Source of the DNA: an uncultured bacterium
Lineage (GTDB): Bacteria; Actinomycetota; Geothermincolia; Geothermincolales; Geothermincolaceae
DNA length: 64,000 nucleotides
Reading direction: 5' to 3'
Assembly: GCA_963765625.1 (NCBI GenBank)
Contig: CAVXXD010000012.1
Location: 207,491-271,490 of the forward strand
Part shown: piece after piece, positions 49,263 through 58,478 of the stretch
How the letters are laid out: each line of letters begins with the position of its first letter
Position numbering within the stretch: the stretch's first letter is position 1
Translations under genes and position numbers: made by a program
Notes under the pieces: generated by a model
Database searches by the model: none
Told to the model about the DNA's origin: nothing
What the model saw: the letters and a program-made list of their open reading frames with translations, nothing else

Positions 49263-50353
49263 TAAGAGAAGCGGAAGCGGATGACGTCGCCGTCCTTTAC
49301 CTCGTAGTCGCGGCCTTCGGCGCGCAGGTGGCCGGCTTCGCGTGCCGCCGTGAACGAGCCATACTGCATGAACTCCCCGTAGGTCAGCACCTCGGCCTTG
49401 ATGAAGCCGTGTTCCATGTCGGTGTGGATGTTTCCGGCGGCCGGGGCGGCATGGGTGCCGCGAGTCACCGGCCAGGCCCGGCATTCCTTTGATTCGGTGG
49501 TGAAGAAGGTTATCAGGTCGAGCAGGCGGAAAGAGGCCGTAACCAGCAGGCGCAGGCCCAGTTCCTCGATGCCGTAGTCGGCCAGGAAGTCGGCCATCTC
49601 ATCCGGCTCCAGCTCCTCCAGCTCCGCCTCCAGCTTGGCGCAGAAGGCCACCACTTCCGCCCCCTCGGCGATGGCGCGTTCCCGCACCGCGGAAAGGAGA
49701 GGGCCTCCGCCGGGCAGGGAATCCTCCCCCAGGTTGGCCACGTAGATCACCGGCTTCATGGTCAACAGGAAGATGTCGGCCAGGCAGCTCTTCTCTTTCT
49801 CTTTCAAAGGTACGCCGCGGGCCGGGCGCCCCTGGTCCAGGGCTTCGCGGACCTGCTCCAGCACGGCCAGGTCCGCCTGCTTCTCCTTGTCCCCGGTACG
49901 GACCGCGCGCGACACCTTGTCCAGCCGCTTCTCCAGGGTCTCCATATCGGCCAGGACCAGTTCGGTGTTGACGATGTCGATGTCCCGGGCCGGGTCGAGG
50001 GTGGCGGCGATGTGGGCCACGTCAGGGTCCTCGAAGCAGCGCACGGTGTGGGCGATGGCGTCCACTTCCCGGATGTGGGCCAGGAAGCGGTTGCCCAGGC
50101 CTTCCCCGTGGTGGGCCCCGGCCACCAGGCCGGCGATGTCGACGAAACGGACCGTGGCCGATACGGTCTTAGCACAGCCGGCCCTGGCGGATACCTCTTC
50201 GAGGCGGGGGTCGGGGAGGTGGACGACGCCGGTGTTGGGCTCCACGGTTGAGAAGGGATAGCTCGCCACCGTGGCATGGGTGGCGGCCAGGGCGTTGAAC
50301 AGCGTTGATTTACCGGAATTGGGAAGCCCTACGATGCCGATCTCCAGACCCAT
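49262..50353 (-). CDS. ychF: Ribosome-binding ATPase YchF (Obg-like)
   Basis: Start MGLEIGIVGLPNSGKSTLFNAL. 363 aa with C-terminal TGS domain. The longer ORF (to 51328) is a shadow of the kinase gene. Confidence 0.85.
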   Translation of the reverse strand: MGLEIGIVGLPNSGKSTLFNALAATHATVASYPFSTVEPNTGVVHLPDPRLEEVSARAGCAKTVSATVRFVDIAGLVAGAHHGEGLGNRFLAHIREVDAIAHTVRCFEDPDVAHIAATLDPARDIDIVNTELVLADMETLEKRLDKVSRAVRTGDKEKQADLAVLEQVREALDQGRPARGVPLKEKEKSCLADIFLLTMKPVIYVANLGEDSLPGGGPLLSAVRERAIAEGAEVVAFCAKLEAELEELEPDEMADFLADYGIEELGLRLLVTASFRLLDLITFFTTESKECRAWPVTRGTHAAPAAGNIHTDMEHGFIKAEVLTYGEFMQYGSFTAAREAGHLRAEGRDYEVKDGDVIRFRFS

Positions 50354-50404
50354 CCTCAACACCTCCGATACCACTATATCACCATGTAAAGCTATAATAA
50401 CCAC

Positions 50405-53400
50405 ATGGACGTCTTCAAACACCCGGCCCGGCTGCTGGAAGCGGTCCACTGGTCCAGTGTGGGGGTGATCGCTTTTCTTCCCCTGTACCAGGGGGCGGAC
50501 ATCTCCATCCTGCTCTGGGCGATCATCATGGCATCCCTGGTACTCGTCGGGGCCGCGCTCTTCTTCTATCTCAAGAAGAAAAAGAAGCTCCCCCAGCTCG
50601 GTTACCCGGTCCTGCTCATCCTGGACTCGGCCCTGGTTTCGCTGCTCATCTACAACAGCGGCGGGCTGTCCAGCCCCCTCTACCCCATGCTGATCTTCTT
50701 CGTCATGCTCAACTCGCTGGCGCGGCGCTGGAACCTGGCCCTCGTCGGGACGTTCACCATCGCCTCCTTCTACCTGGCCGCGTGCCTGCTGGAGAACTCG
50801 AGTTCTCTGGGTTACGTCCTGATCGTGAGGGTGGGGGTGATGGTCGTTTCCGCCCTGGTGCTGACCTGGATGATGATCCTGGACACCGAGGCGCACGGGC
50901 GCGGCGCCCGCATGCAGACCCTCTACGAGATCAGCACCTCGCTCTCCCGCTCCCTCGACCTCGAGCTTACCCTGGCCAACATCCTGGAGTCCACGGATCG
51001 GGTGTTCAAGACGGACATCAGCTCCATCCGCCTGATGAACCTCAATGCCAACACCCTGGTGGTCAAGGTCTCCGGCGACCCCGAACACGACCCGGAGGAG
51101 GCGGTGGAGATCGAGCTGGGCGAGGGTTTCATCGGGTGGGTGGCCAAGGAGGGCCGGCCCATCATCGTCAACGACGTCCCCCACGACCCCATGTTCGCCA
51201 TCTTCCCCAAGGCCAAAAAAAAGGTAGCCTCGGTACTGGCCGCCCCCATCTACCTGGGCGACACCGTGGTGGGCGTGCTTTCCTGCGCCAGCTCCAAGCC
51301 GGTCGAGTTCACCGATGACGACCTGCAACTCCTGGTTACCATCTCCAACCTGGCCGCCACGGCCATCGAGCGGGCCGAGTTGTTCGAACGCATCAGTACC
51401 CGCGGCGAGGTCATCGTGGAGAATATCAACTCCAGCATCATCGTCACCGATCCCGAAGGGGGCATCTCCCTCATCAACCAGGCGGCCCTGGACCTGCTGG
51501 ACCTGGAGGAGGACGTCAGGGGCGCCAATGTCCTGGGTCTGCTCGAAGGGAGGATCCGCAATTTCGATATCTTCTGGAAACGGATCGAGGAGGAGTTCGC
51601 GGTCCTGGAAAAAGAAGAGGGCGCCCCGGAAGAAGGCATGAGGGCCGGCCTCTCTCAGGAACTCCGCACCATCGGGCCCAACGAGAGATACCTGCTGGTC
51701 AAGTCCTCGCCCATCCGCGCCAGTTACGACGCCCTTTCCGGCTTCGTCTTCATCCTGGACGACATCACCGAACGGGTCAAGGTGGACGAGATCCGCAACG
51801 AGCTGATGCTGATGATCGCCCGGCGCGTCGAGGAGTTCAGCGCCCTCTACGAGATGGGTTACTCACTGGCCGGCATGAGCGACACCCAGTACATGCTGGA
51901 CCTGCTCATCCGGCGGGCCGTGGAATTGCTGGACGCAAGCTCCGGCGCCCTGGCCCTCTACGACCAGGACCAGGACGTCTTCGTCTACAAGGCGGCGGCG
52001 GGGATGAGGGACGAACTTCCAGGCATCACTTTCAAGGCGGGGGAAGGGCCCTCCGGCGAGGTGGTGGAGCGCCGGGAGTCGCTCCTCCTGGAGAGGTCGG
52101 TGCCGGAAGGGTCGGCCCTGCTGGCCGAGGAGGTCCCCAACGAGATCACCGCGCTGCTGAGCCCCATCGTCTGGAGGGACCGCTCTACCGGCATCTTCGA
52201 GATATACCGGGACGCCGAAGAGCGCCCCTTTTCCGGGGACGACCTCTCGCTGCTGGCCCTCTTCACCAGCCAGACGGCTATCGCTCTCGAAAACGTCAAC
52301 CTCTACCAGATCATGTCGGAGGACAAGACCAGGATGGAGTCCATCCTCCTGTCGGTGGCCGACGGCGTGGTGGCCCTGAACAACGACGCCCAGGTGATCC
52401 TGGTCAACTCGGAGGCGGAAAAGATCCTCAACCTTCCACCCTTCCAGGATATACAGGGGAGCCACGTCAAGGAGGTCATCCGCAACCCGGACATCGCCAA
52501 CCTTCTTTTAAAGAGCCTCTACACCCAGGACGAGCTGGCCCTGGAGATAACCCAGAGCATTCCCCGCAAGCTGATCATGGAGGTGCAGACCTCGGTCATC
52601 GACGACGAGAAAAAGGAGCGGCGGGGCGTGGTGGCGGTGCTGCGGGACATCACCCGCATGCGCGAGCTGGAGCAGGCCAAGTCGGACTTCGTCTCCACCG
52701 TCTCCCACGAGCTGCGCACTCCCCTCACCTCCATTAAAGCCTACACCGCCACCCTGCTGCGGGAGGACGTGACCTTCGACACCTCCACCCAGAGGGAATT
52801 TCTCAGTATTATTGAGGAGGAAGCCGACCGCCTGACCCGCCTCATCGCCGACTTGCTGGACGTGTCCCGCATCGAATCCGGCAAGTTCGAGCTGAAGACG
52901 CGGGAGTTCGACTTCATCAAGCTGATCAACATAGTCCTGGACAAGTTGATGTCGCAGACGGACATCCACGAGGTGGACGTGATCACTCCTGGCAGCCTGA
53001 CCCCGCTGATGGCGGACCCCGACAAGATCGAGCAGGTGCTTATGAATCTGCTCGGCAACGCCGTGAAGTACTCGCCGCGTGGCGGCCGCATCGAGGTGGA
53101 GGTCAAGGAGTATTCCAACAAGATCGAATGTTCCGTCAAGGATTCGGGGGTGGGCATCCCCAAGGAATACCTGGTAAGGGTGTTCGAGAAGTTCAGCCGG
53201 GTGGACAACCGCGCCACCCGGGGCATCGGCGGTACCGGACTGGGGCTCTACATCACCAGGAGTATCGTAGAGGCGCACGGCGGGACCATCTGGGTGGAGA
53301 GCAGCCCCTCCAAAGGGAGCAAGTTCCATTTCACCCTGCCCCTGGACTCCACCTTGAAGAAGAGCCTGCCCAACCCGGACGGTACTTCGCGTGGTCAAAA

Positions 53401-53419
53401 TCGGGACAAGGGCATATAA
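50405..53419 (+). CDS. Multi-sensor histidine kinase: N-terminal polytopic membrane domain, GAF/PAS sensor domains, HisKA and HATPase_c
   Basis: 1004 aa. ~6 TM helices, then three GAF/PAS-like segments, H-box VSHELRTPLTSI, and N/G boxes in the C-terminus. Confidence 0.8.
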   Translation: MDVFKHPARLLEAVHWSSVGVIAFLPLYQGADISILLWAIIMASLVLVGAALFFYLKKKKKLPQLGYPVLLILDSALVSLLIYNSGGLSSPLYPMLIFFVMLNSLARRWNLALVGTFTIASFYLAACLLENSSSLGYVLIVRVGVMVVSALVLTWMMILDTEAHGRGARMQTLYEISTSLSRSLDLELTLANILESTDRVFKTDISSIRLMNLNANTLVVKVSGDPEHDPEEAVEIELGEGFIGWVAKEGRPIIVNDVPHDPMFAIFPKAKKKVASVLAAPIYLGDTVVGVLSCASSKPVEFTDDDLQLLVTISNLAATAIERAELFERISTRGEVIVENINSSIIVTDPEGGISLINQAALDLLDLEEDVRGANVLGLLEGRIRNFDIFWKRIEEEFAVLEKEEGAPEEGMRAGLSQELRTIGPNERYLLVKSSPIRASYDALSGFVFILDDITERVKVDEIRNELMLMIARRVEEFSALYEMGYSLAGMSDTQYMLDLLIRRAVELLDASSGALALYDQDQDVFVYKAAAGMRDELPGITFKAGEGPSGEVVERRESLLLERSVPEGSALLAEEVPNEITALLSPIVWRDRSTGIFEIYRDAEERPFSGDDLSLLALFTSQTAIALENVNLYQIMSEDKTRMESILLSVADGVVALNNDAQVILVNSEAEKILNLPPFQDIQGSHVKEVIRNPDIANLLLKSLYTQDELALEITQSIPRKLIMEVQTSVIDDEKKERRGVVAVLRDITRMRELEQAKSDFVSTVSHELRTPLTSIKAYTATLLREDVTFDTSTQREFLSIIEEEADRLTRLIADLLDVSRIESGKFELKTREFDFIKLINIVLDKLMSQTDIHEVDVITPGSLTPLMADPDKIEQVLMNLLGNAVKYSPRGGRIEVEVKEYSNKIECSVKDSGVGIPKEYLVRVFEKFSRVDNRATRGIGGTGLGLYITRSIVEAHGGTIWVESSPSKGSKFHFTLPLDSTLKKSLPNPDGTSRGQNRDKGI

Positions 53420-53458
53420 TTATTTTGACATCCCATAAATATTCAGGGAGGGCAAGGC

Positions 53459-54403
53459 TTGGAGGTTAGCGAGAGGGCCATCAAGATTCTTCTGGTCGAC
53501 GACGAGCGCAACATCCTGGACATCGTCCAGTTCAACCTGGAGGTTGAAGGCTTCGAGGTGACGACCGCGTCCGACGGCATGGAAGCCCTGCGCGTGGTGC
53601 ACGACGCCGCCCCCGACCTCATCCTCTGCGACATCATGATGCCGGAGGTGGACGGTCTCGAGGTCTGCCGCCGCCTCAAGGCGGACAGCCGCACCAACCA
53701 GATTCCCATCGTCATGCTCTCGGCCAAAGCGCAGTCCCAGGACAAGCTGGATTCCATCGCGGCGGGGGCGGACGACTTCGTCACCAAGCCCTTCGACTTC
53801 AACGATCTGGTGGCGCGGATCAAGGTCAACCTCATCCGGGCCAAGCAGAAGAAGGACGTCAGCCCGCTCACCGGTTTCCCCGGCTCCATCTCCATCGAGG
53901 CGGAGATCAAAACTCGCGTCAAGCGTGCCGAGGCCTTCGCCACTCTCTACGTGGACATGGACAACTTCAAGCCCTTTAACGAGGTCTACGGCTTCCCCCA
54001 GGGGGACAAGGCCATCAAGATGCTGGCCGACATCATCGACGACGCCGTGCGCAAGGCGGGGAACATGGAGGACTTCGTGGGCCACGGCGGCGGGGACGAT
54101 TTCATGATCATCTCCACCCCGGACCGGGCCAAGGCCATCGCCATCTTTCTCATCGAGAACTTCGACCGTCGGGTGACCGCCCTCTACCGCGAGGAGGACC
54201 TCCAGCGGGGCTACTTCATCCGCGTCGACCGGGCGGCCAAGGAGAGCTACATTCCCATCACCACCATCAGCATCGGCATAGCCAGCAACGAGCACCGGAG
54301 GATCACCACCCATTGGGAAGTGGGCGAGATCGCCAAGGAAACGTTGAACTACGCCAAATCCATACCGGGAAGCACTTTCTTTATGGACAGGAGGGTCAAG
54401 TAA
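53459..54403 (+). CDS. Response regulator receiver fused to a GGDEF-type domain with degenerate GGDDF motif
   Basis: TTG start after RBS GGGAGGG. REC domain (LLVDDE...DLILCDIMMP...D, K). GGDEF fold with LTGFPG, DMDNFKPFNE and GHGGGDDF. Confidence 0.7.
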   Translation: MEVSERAIKILLVDDERNILDIVQFNLEVEGFEVTTASDGMEALRVVHDAAPDLILCDIMMPEVDGLEVCRRLKADSRTNQIPIVMLSAKAQSQDKLDSIAAGADDFVTKPFDFNDLVARIKVNLIRAKQKKDVSPLTGFPGSISIEAEIKTRVKRAEAFATLYVDMDNFKPFNEVYGFPQGDKAIKMLADIIDDAVRKAGNMEDFVGHGGGDDFMIISTPDRAKAIAIFLIENFDRRVTALYREEDLQRGYFIRVDRAAKESYIPITTISIGIASNEHRRITTHWEVGEIAKETLNYAKSIPGSTFFMDRRVK

Positions 54404-54445
54404 CCGGGGAGATGGAAGGGTTTGCAGGAGGACCAAAGGGGAGAT

Positions 54446-55219
54446 ATGGAAGAGAAATATAAAGTGCTGGTGGTTGAGGACGACGAATCCATCTCCAACG
54501 TGGTGGAGTTGAACCTGCGCCTGGACGGCTACGAAGTGTTCCTGGCCGCCGACGGGGAGGAGGGGCTGGCCAGGGTGGAGGAAGTCGAGCCCGACCTGGT
54601 CATCCTGGACGTGATGATGCCCAAGGTGGATGGCTGGGAGGTGCTCATGCGCCTGCGCCAGCAGCCGGAGACCAAGGATATCCCGGTGATCATGCTCACT
54701 GCCATCGGCGACGAGCAGTCCAAGGTGATGGGCCTGCGGGGCGGCGCCGACGACTACGTTGCCAAGCCCTTCAGCCCACTGGAGCTGACCGCCCGGGTCA
54801 AGGTCATCCTGGACCGCGTGGGCAAGGCCCAGCGGATGGCGGAGCGCGTGGCGGAGCAGGGGGAGGCCGGCGAAGCCCCCATCAAGCTGGAGCAGATCCC
54901 CGTGCAGAAGGGCGACACCATCATCCTCGTCCCCAAGGAAGACATCTACTTCATCGACACCAAGTACGAGTACGCCAACATCCATACTTACTCCGATTCC
55001 TACCTCACCACCTACAGCCTGACCGAACTGGAGAAGTCACTCGACCGCAACATGTTCTTCCGGACCCACCGCAGCTTCATCGTCAACTTGCGCAAGGTCA
55101 AGGAGATCATCAAGATATCCCGCAACAGCCTCATCGTGGCCCTGACCGACGAAAAGGCCAGCCGGGTGCCGGTCAGCCGGCGGCAGGCCACCCTCTTAAA
55201 GGACGCCCTGGGCATCTAG
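54446..55219 (+). CDS. LytR/AlgR-family response regulator (REC + LytTR DNA-binding domain)
   Basis: REC domain, then the LytTR signature ...FFRTHRSFIVNL..V. Confidence 0.75.
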   Translation: MEEKYKVLVVEDDESISNVVELNLRLDGYEVFLAADGEEGLARVEEVEPDLVILDVMMPKVDGWEVLMRLRQQPETKDIPVIMLTAIGDEQSKVMGLRGGADDYVAKPFSPLELTARVKVILDRVGKAQRMAERVAEQGEAGEAPIKLEQIPVQKGDTIILVPKEDIYFIDTKYEYANIHTYSDSYLTTYSLTELEKSLDRNMFFRTHRSFIVNLRKVKEIIKISRNSLIVALTDEKASRVPVSRRQATLLKDALGI

Positions 55220-55303
55220 GCGAACGGCTTCCACCCCGTTTATATGCACCCATCATCGGGCATAATATATCTGGTAATATTCCTTTGAGATGGAGGTGGT
55301 TTC

Positions 55304-55513
55304 ATGCAACTCAGCGCGAGGAACGTCCTGAAGGGCAAGGTCAAGAGCATCGAGCATGGCGCGGTCAACTCCGAGGTCGTGGTGGAGCTTCCGGGTGGGG
55401 CGGAAGTGGTCTCGATAATCACCAAGACATCAGCCGAGGGACTGAAGCTGAAAAAGGGCAAGAAGGTCTACGCCGTGATCAAAGCCTCCAACGTCATGAT
55501 CGGTGTGGACTGA
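55304..55513 (+). CDS. Mop / TOBE-domain molybdate(tungstate)-binding protein
   Basis: 69 aa, MQLSARNVLKGKV..I......V.V..GG...V..IT..S...L.L..G..V...IKAS.V, a classic single TOBE domain. Confidence 0.7.
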   Translation: MQLSARNVLKGKVKSIEHGAVNSEVVVELPGGAEVVSIITKTSAEGLKLKKGKKVYAVIKASNVMIGVD

Positions 55514-55534
55514 GCGCCACCGGGCGAACTTTGC

Positions 55535-55563
55535 TTGACAAGCAATTGACCGCGTGCTAACTT
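55535..55563 (+). promoter_or_regulatory. Sigma70-like promoter (TTGACA, 17-nt spacer, TAACTT) driving the riboswitch-like leader
   Basis: Consensus -35 hexamer and a 4/6 -10 hexamer immediately 3' of the Mop stop codon. Confidence 0.45.
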
Positions 55564-55571
55564 AACTTCGC

Positions 55572-55672
55572 ATTGTAGGTTTTCCGAGCAGACCGGCCTA
55601 AAGCGTAAGCCAGGGCTGCCTGCCGATAGGGTACAACGGGAAACGGTTGTGCCTCCCGCATTTGGAAAGGGA
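55572..55672 (+). promoter_or_regulatory. Candidate molybdenum/tungsten-cofactor (Moco/Wco) riboswitch aptamer, copy 1
   Basis: Leader shares blocks with the 63347..63447 copy: AGGUUUUCCGAGCAG, CCUAA, GCCGAUAGGGUA, GGAAACGG, UGCCUCCCG, UUUGGAAAGG. The CCGAG, GCCUCC and GGAAAGG blocks match my recollection of the Moco-motif consensus. Downstream genes are Mo/W-related. Confidence 0.55.
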
Positions 55673-55695
55673 AACCGGGCCGGCGGACTTTACGT

Positions 55696-55730
55696 GGGCA
55701 TCCTTTCCAGGAGGGATGCCCTCTTGTTTT
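55696..55730 (+). terminator. Intrinsic terminator forming the expression platform of the leader
   Basis: GGGCATCC-tttccaggag-GGATGCCC followed by TCTTGTTTT. The 5' arm CCTTTCCA is complementary to the aptamer 3' end UGGAAAGG, an anti-terminator/terminator switch. Confidence 0.55.
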
Positions 55731-55827
55731 AACGCCGCGTGCCGTCCTTTCCTATGCGGGTAGGGCGGTATTTTTGTTGGGAGAGCCGGCAAGCAAGGCG
55801 GTAAAGAGGATTCTTGAGGAGGAGAAG

Positions 55828-58331
55828 ATGCGAAAGTTCCTAGTGTTAATGACAGTGGCGGCGTTATGTGCCGCACCGGGATTGGGCCTCTTCGGCGCCG
55901 CGGCTTCCCCCCGGCTAGCGCCGGATTCCAGGCGGACGCCCTGTCCGCGGCATCACCGAACTACCGGGTCTTCAGTGAGACCGACCTGAAGTCCATCAAG
56001 AAGATAACCCACAATCTCGATGCCAGCATCACCGAAGGACTGGCGGGCGGTCATTACACCTGTCAGAAGAATTCCGACCCCTTCACCTATTTCGAGCAGG
56101 ACTGGAAGGGAGTAGACCTCTCCTACCTGCTGAACCAGGAAGTGGGCATCAAAACAGGCACCACCGGTATCAAGATCATTGCCGCCGACGGATACGCGGT
56201 GACCCTGACCCTTGCGGACATCGAGGGTTACAATGGGCTGCCGGCCCTGCTCGGCTACCTGCGCGGTGACTCCAGTGACAACAATCCTCCCAACGAAGAA
56301 GGAACCATGGATGGAACCGGGACCTTCCCCTCCGTGGACCCGGTTGATACGAACGTCGAGATCGACGCGGAAGAAGGCCCCTTCCGGCTGGTCCTTCCCC
56401 AGAGCACCATCGGCCCGGATCCCCGCGACGTCGCCTACAGTCCGGTGGGAAGTGGTACCGCCAACTGGAACAAGGCGGTCATGCAGGTGCGCGCCGTCGA
56501 GGTACAGCCGGTATCCCCGGGCATCCCGGCCATCGATTACGAGGCCATTCCCAGCAACCAGGTTGTCGTTTACGGCAACATCGAGAACCGCCATACCTTC
56601 ACCGTCGACCAGCTCAAATCGATCAACCCCGTCAGTGGCACGTATACCTTCAGGAAGTCCTTCGGTGACCCGCCCGAATACAGCGAGGAGAATCACGAAT
56701 GTGCAGGGGTCACTCTGTCCTACCTGCTGGACGATGTCCTCGGGCTGCAGGACGCGGCTGAAAACGTAACGACCATATGCTCGGACGGCTATGGTGTCGG
56801 AAAGGTCATCTCCCTGGAAGACATGAGGCAGGTCGGCTTGAACGGCATGCAGTTCATGCTCTGCCTGAACCTGGACGGGGCGGACCTGGGTCCCGAGCCT
56901 GATGACAAAGGCCCAGTTTACCTGGTCAAGCCGCTGATGACCGATGACCCCCTCGAGACCAACAGTAGCAAATGGATGAAGAACATCAGGTCGATCGTGG
57001 TGAACACCTCATCCGACCCGGGGCCCGATTGGGCCAGGATCCCAACTGACCGCGTCATCGTCAGCGGCCTCTCCAACGCGGGCAACATCCCCAACGAGTG
57101 GTTCCTGCCCGAGGGGTGCACCGGCTTCGGCTTCGAGGAATGGATCCTCATCGAGAACCCCAACCCCTGGCCCACCGACGTCATCGTCGATTACATGATC
57201 GAGGGTGAGGCCATGCAGACCAGGACTTACGACGACGTTGCGGCCGAATCGCGCTTCTCCATCAATGTGGCAGCCGAGATTGGCACGGACAAGAACGTCA
57301 GCGCCAGGGTGGAAGGTTACCACGGCGACTCCATCGTCGTGGAGCGCGCCATGTACTGGGGCGACCGCGACGGCGGTCATTGCTCCGGCGGCATCCAGCG
57401 GGCTCTCAACACCTGGTACTTGGCCGAGGGGTGCACAGCCGATATCTTCGAGACCTGGGTGCTGGTTCAGAACCCGGGCGACACCGACGTCATCGTGGAC
57501 TTCACTCTTATGACTGAAGCCGGTGAGCAGAATCCTGAGGGCCTGCAGGACCAGACCATAGCCGCTAATTCTCGCCGCACCTTCAACCTGGGAGACTTCG
57601 TCCAGTCATATGACGTCTCCACCAGGGTTGTCGCCTCCGGTGACGTCATCGTGGAACGTGCCGTTTACTGGAACGACCGCGACGGCGGCCACTGCGCCGG
57701 CGGCGTTGCCGGCCCCGGTAACGAATGGTATCTGGCCGAGGGGTGTACTAATTCTCCCTTTGAGACCTGGGTGCTGGTGCAGAACCCGACCGCGGCTGCC
57801 GTCAACATCGACATGGACCTGATCACCGACACCGGCGTGGTGCAGGGCCCGCAGGAAGCTATCGCCCCCAACTCGCGCAAGTCCTATAACCTGGTCGACT
57901 ACACCGCGAGTTATGACGTGTCGACAAGGGTCACGGCGGACGGTAGCGGGATCATCGCCGAGCGCGCCGTCTATTGGAACGACCGCGACGGCGGCTCCTG
58001 CGAGAGCGCCAGCGACCACGGCAAATTCAAGGCCTACCTGGCCGAGGGCGCCACGGCCGGCGGCTTCGAGACCTGGGTGCTCTTCCAGAACCCCGGGGCC
58101 GTCGATGCCACCATCAATGTGACCTATCTCACCGATTCCGGCGTGGTCGTCAAGGAACCCTTCGTAGTGGCCGCCGGGACGCGTAAATCAGTCAACGTCA
58201 TCGAAGACGTCGGAGAAAAATACGATGTCTCCACCGTCGTCACGGCCAGCGCGCCGGTGGTGGTGGAGCGTGCCGTCTACTGGGCCGAGCGCATCGAGGG
58301 AAGCTGCGCCAAGGGGCTTTCCGCCTGGTAG
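55828..58331 (+). CDS. Secreted protein with two sulfite-oxidase-fold (molybdopterin-oxidoreductase-like) domains followed by 5 copies of the ~105-aa repeat; frameshift in the signal-peptide region (~55905, C5 run)
   Basis: Signal peptide MRKFLVLMTVAALCAAPGLGLFGAAAS is in ORF 55774.. and the body in ORF 55866..58331. SUOX-like blocks GGHYTCQKNSDPFTYFEQDWKGVDLSYLL ... DGY.V.L.L and FRLVLPQ. Repeats carry WYLAEGCT..FETWVLVQNP ... VVERAVYWNDRDGG. Confidence 0.65.
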
Positions 58332-58478
58332 CGCTGGAAATGACCGCCTGACAAGTGGATTTTCCTCCCACTTGTTCGAAGGGGGCTCTTCGGGGTCCCC
58401 TTCACCTATTTTTATAACTCCCGCGTGTTGGGATAATAAGATAGATAAATAGCAAGCATCGGATAAGAGGAGGCAGGC

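Noticed and set aside
50354-51328. N-terminal 325-aa extension of the ychF ORF (49262..51328)
   Set aside because: The extension is antisense to the histidine-kinase gene and starts with a non-ATG codon. YchF homology begins at MGLEIGIVGLPNSGKS (50353).
53420-54985. 521-aa minus-strand ORF opposite the REC-GGDEF and REC-LytTR genes
   Set aside because: Antisense to two well-supported response-regulator genes. The translation is His/Gly/Val-rich with no motifs.
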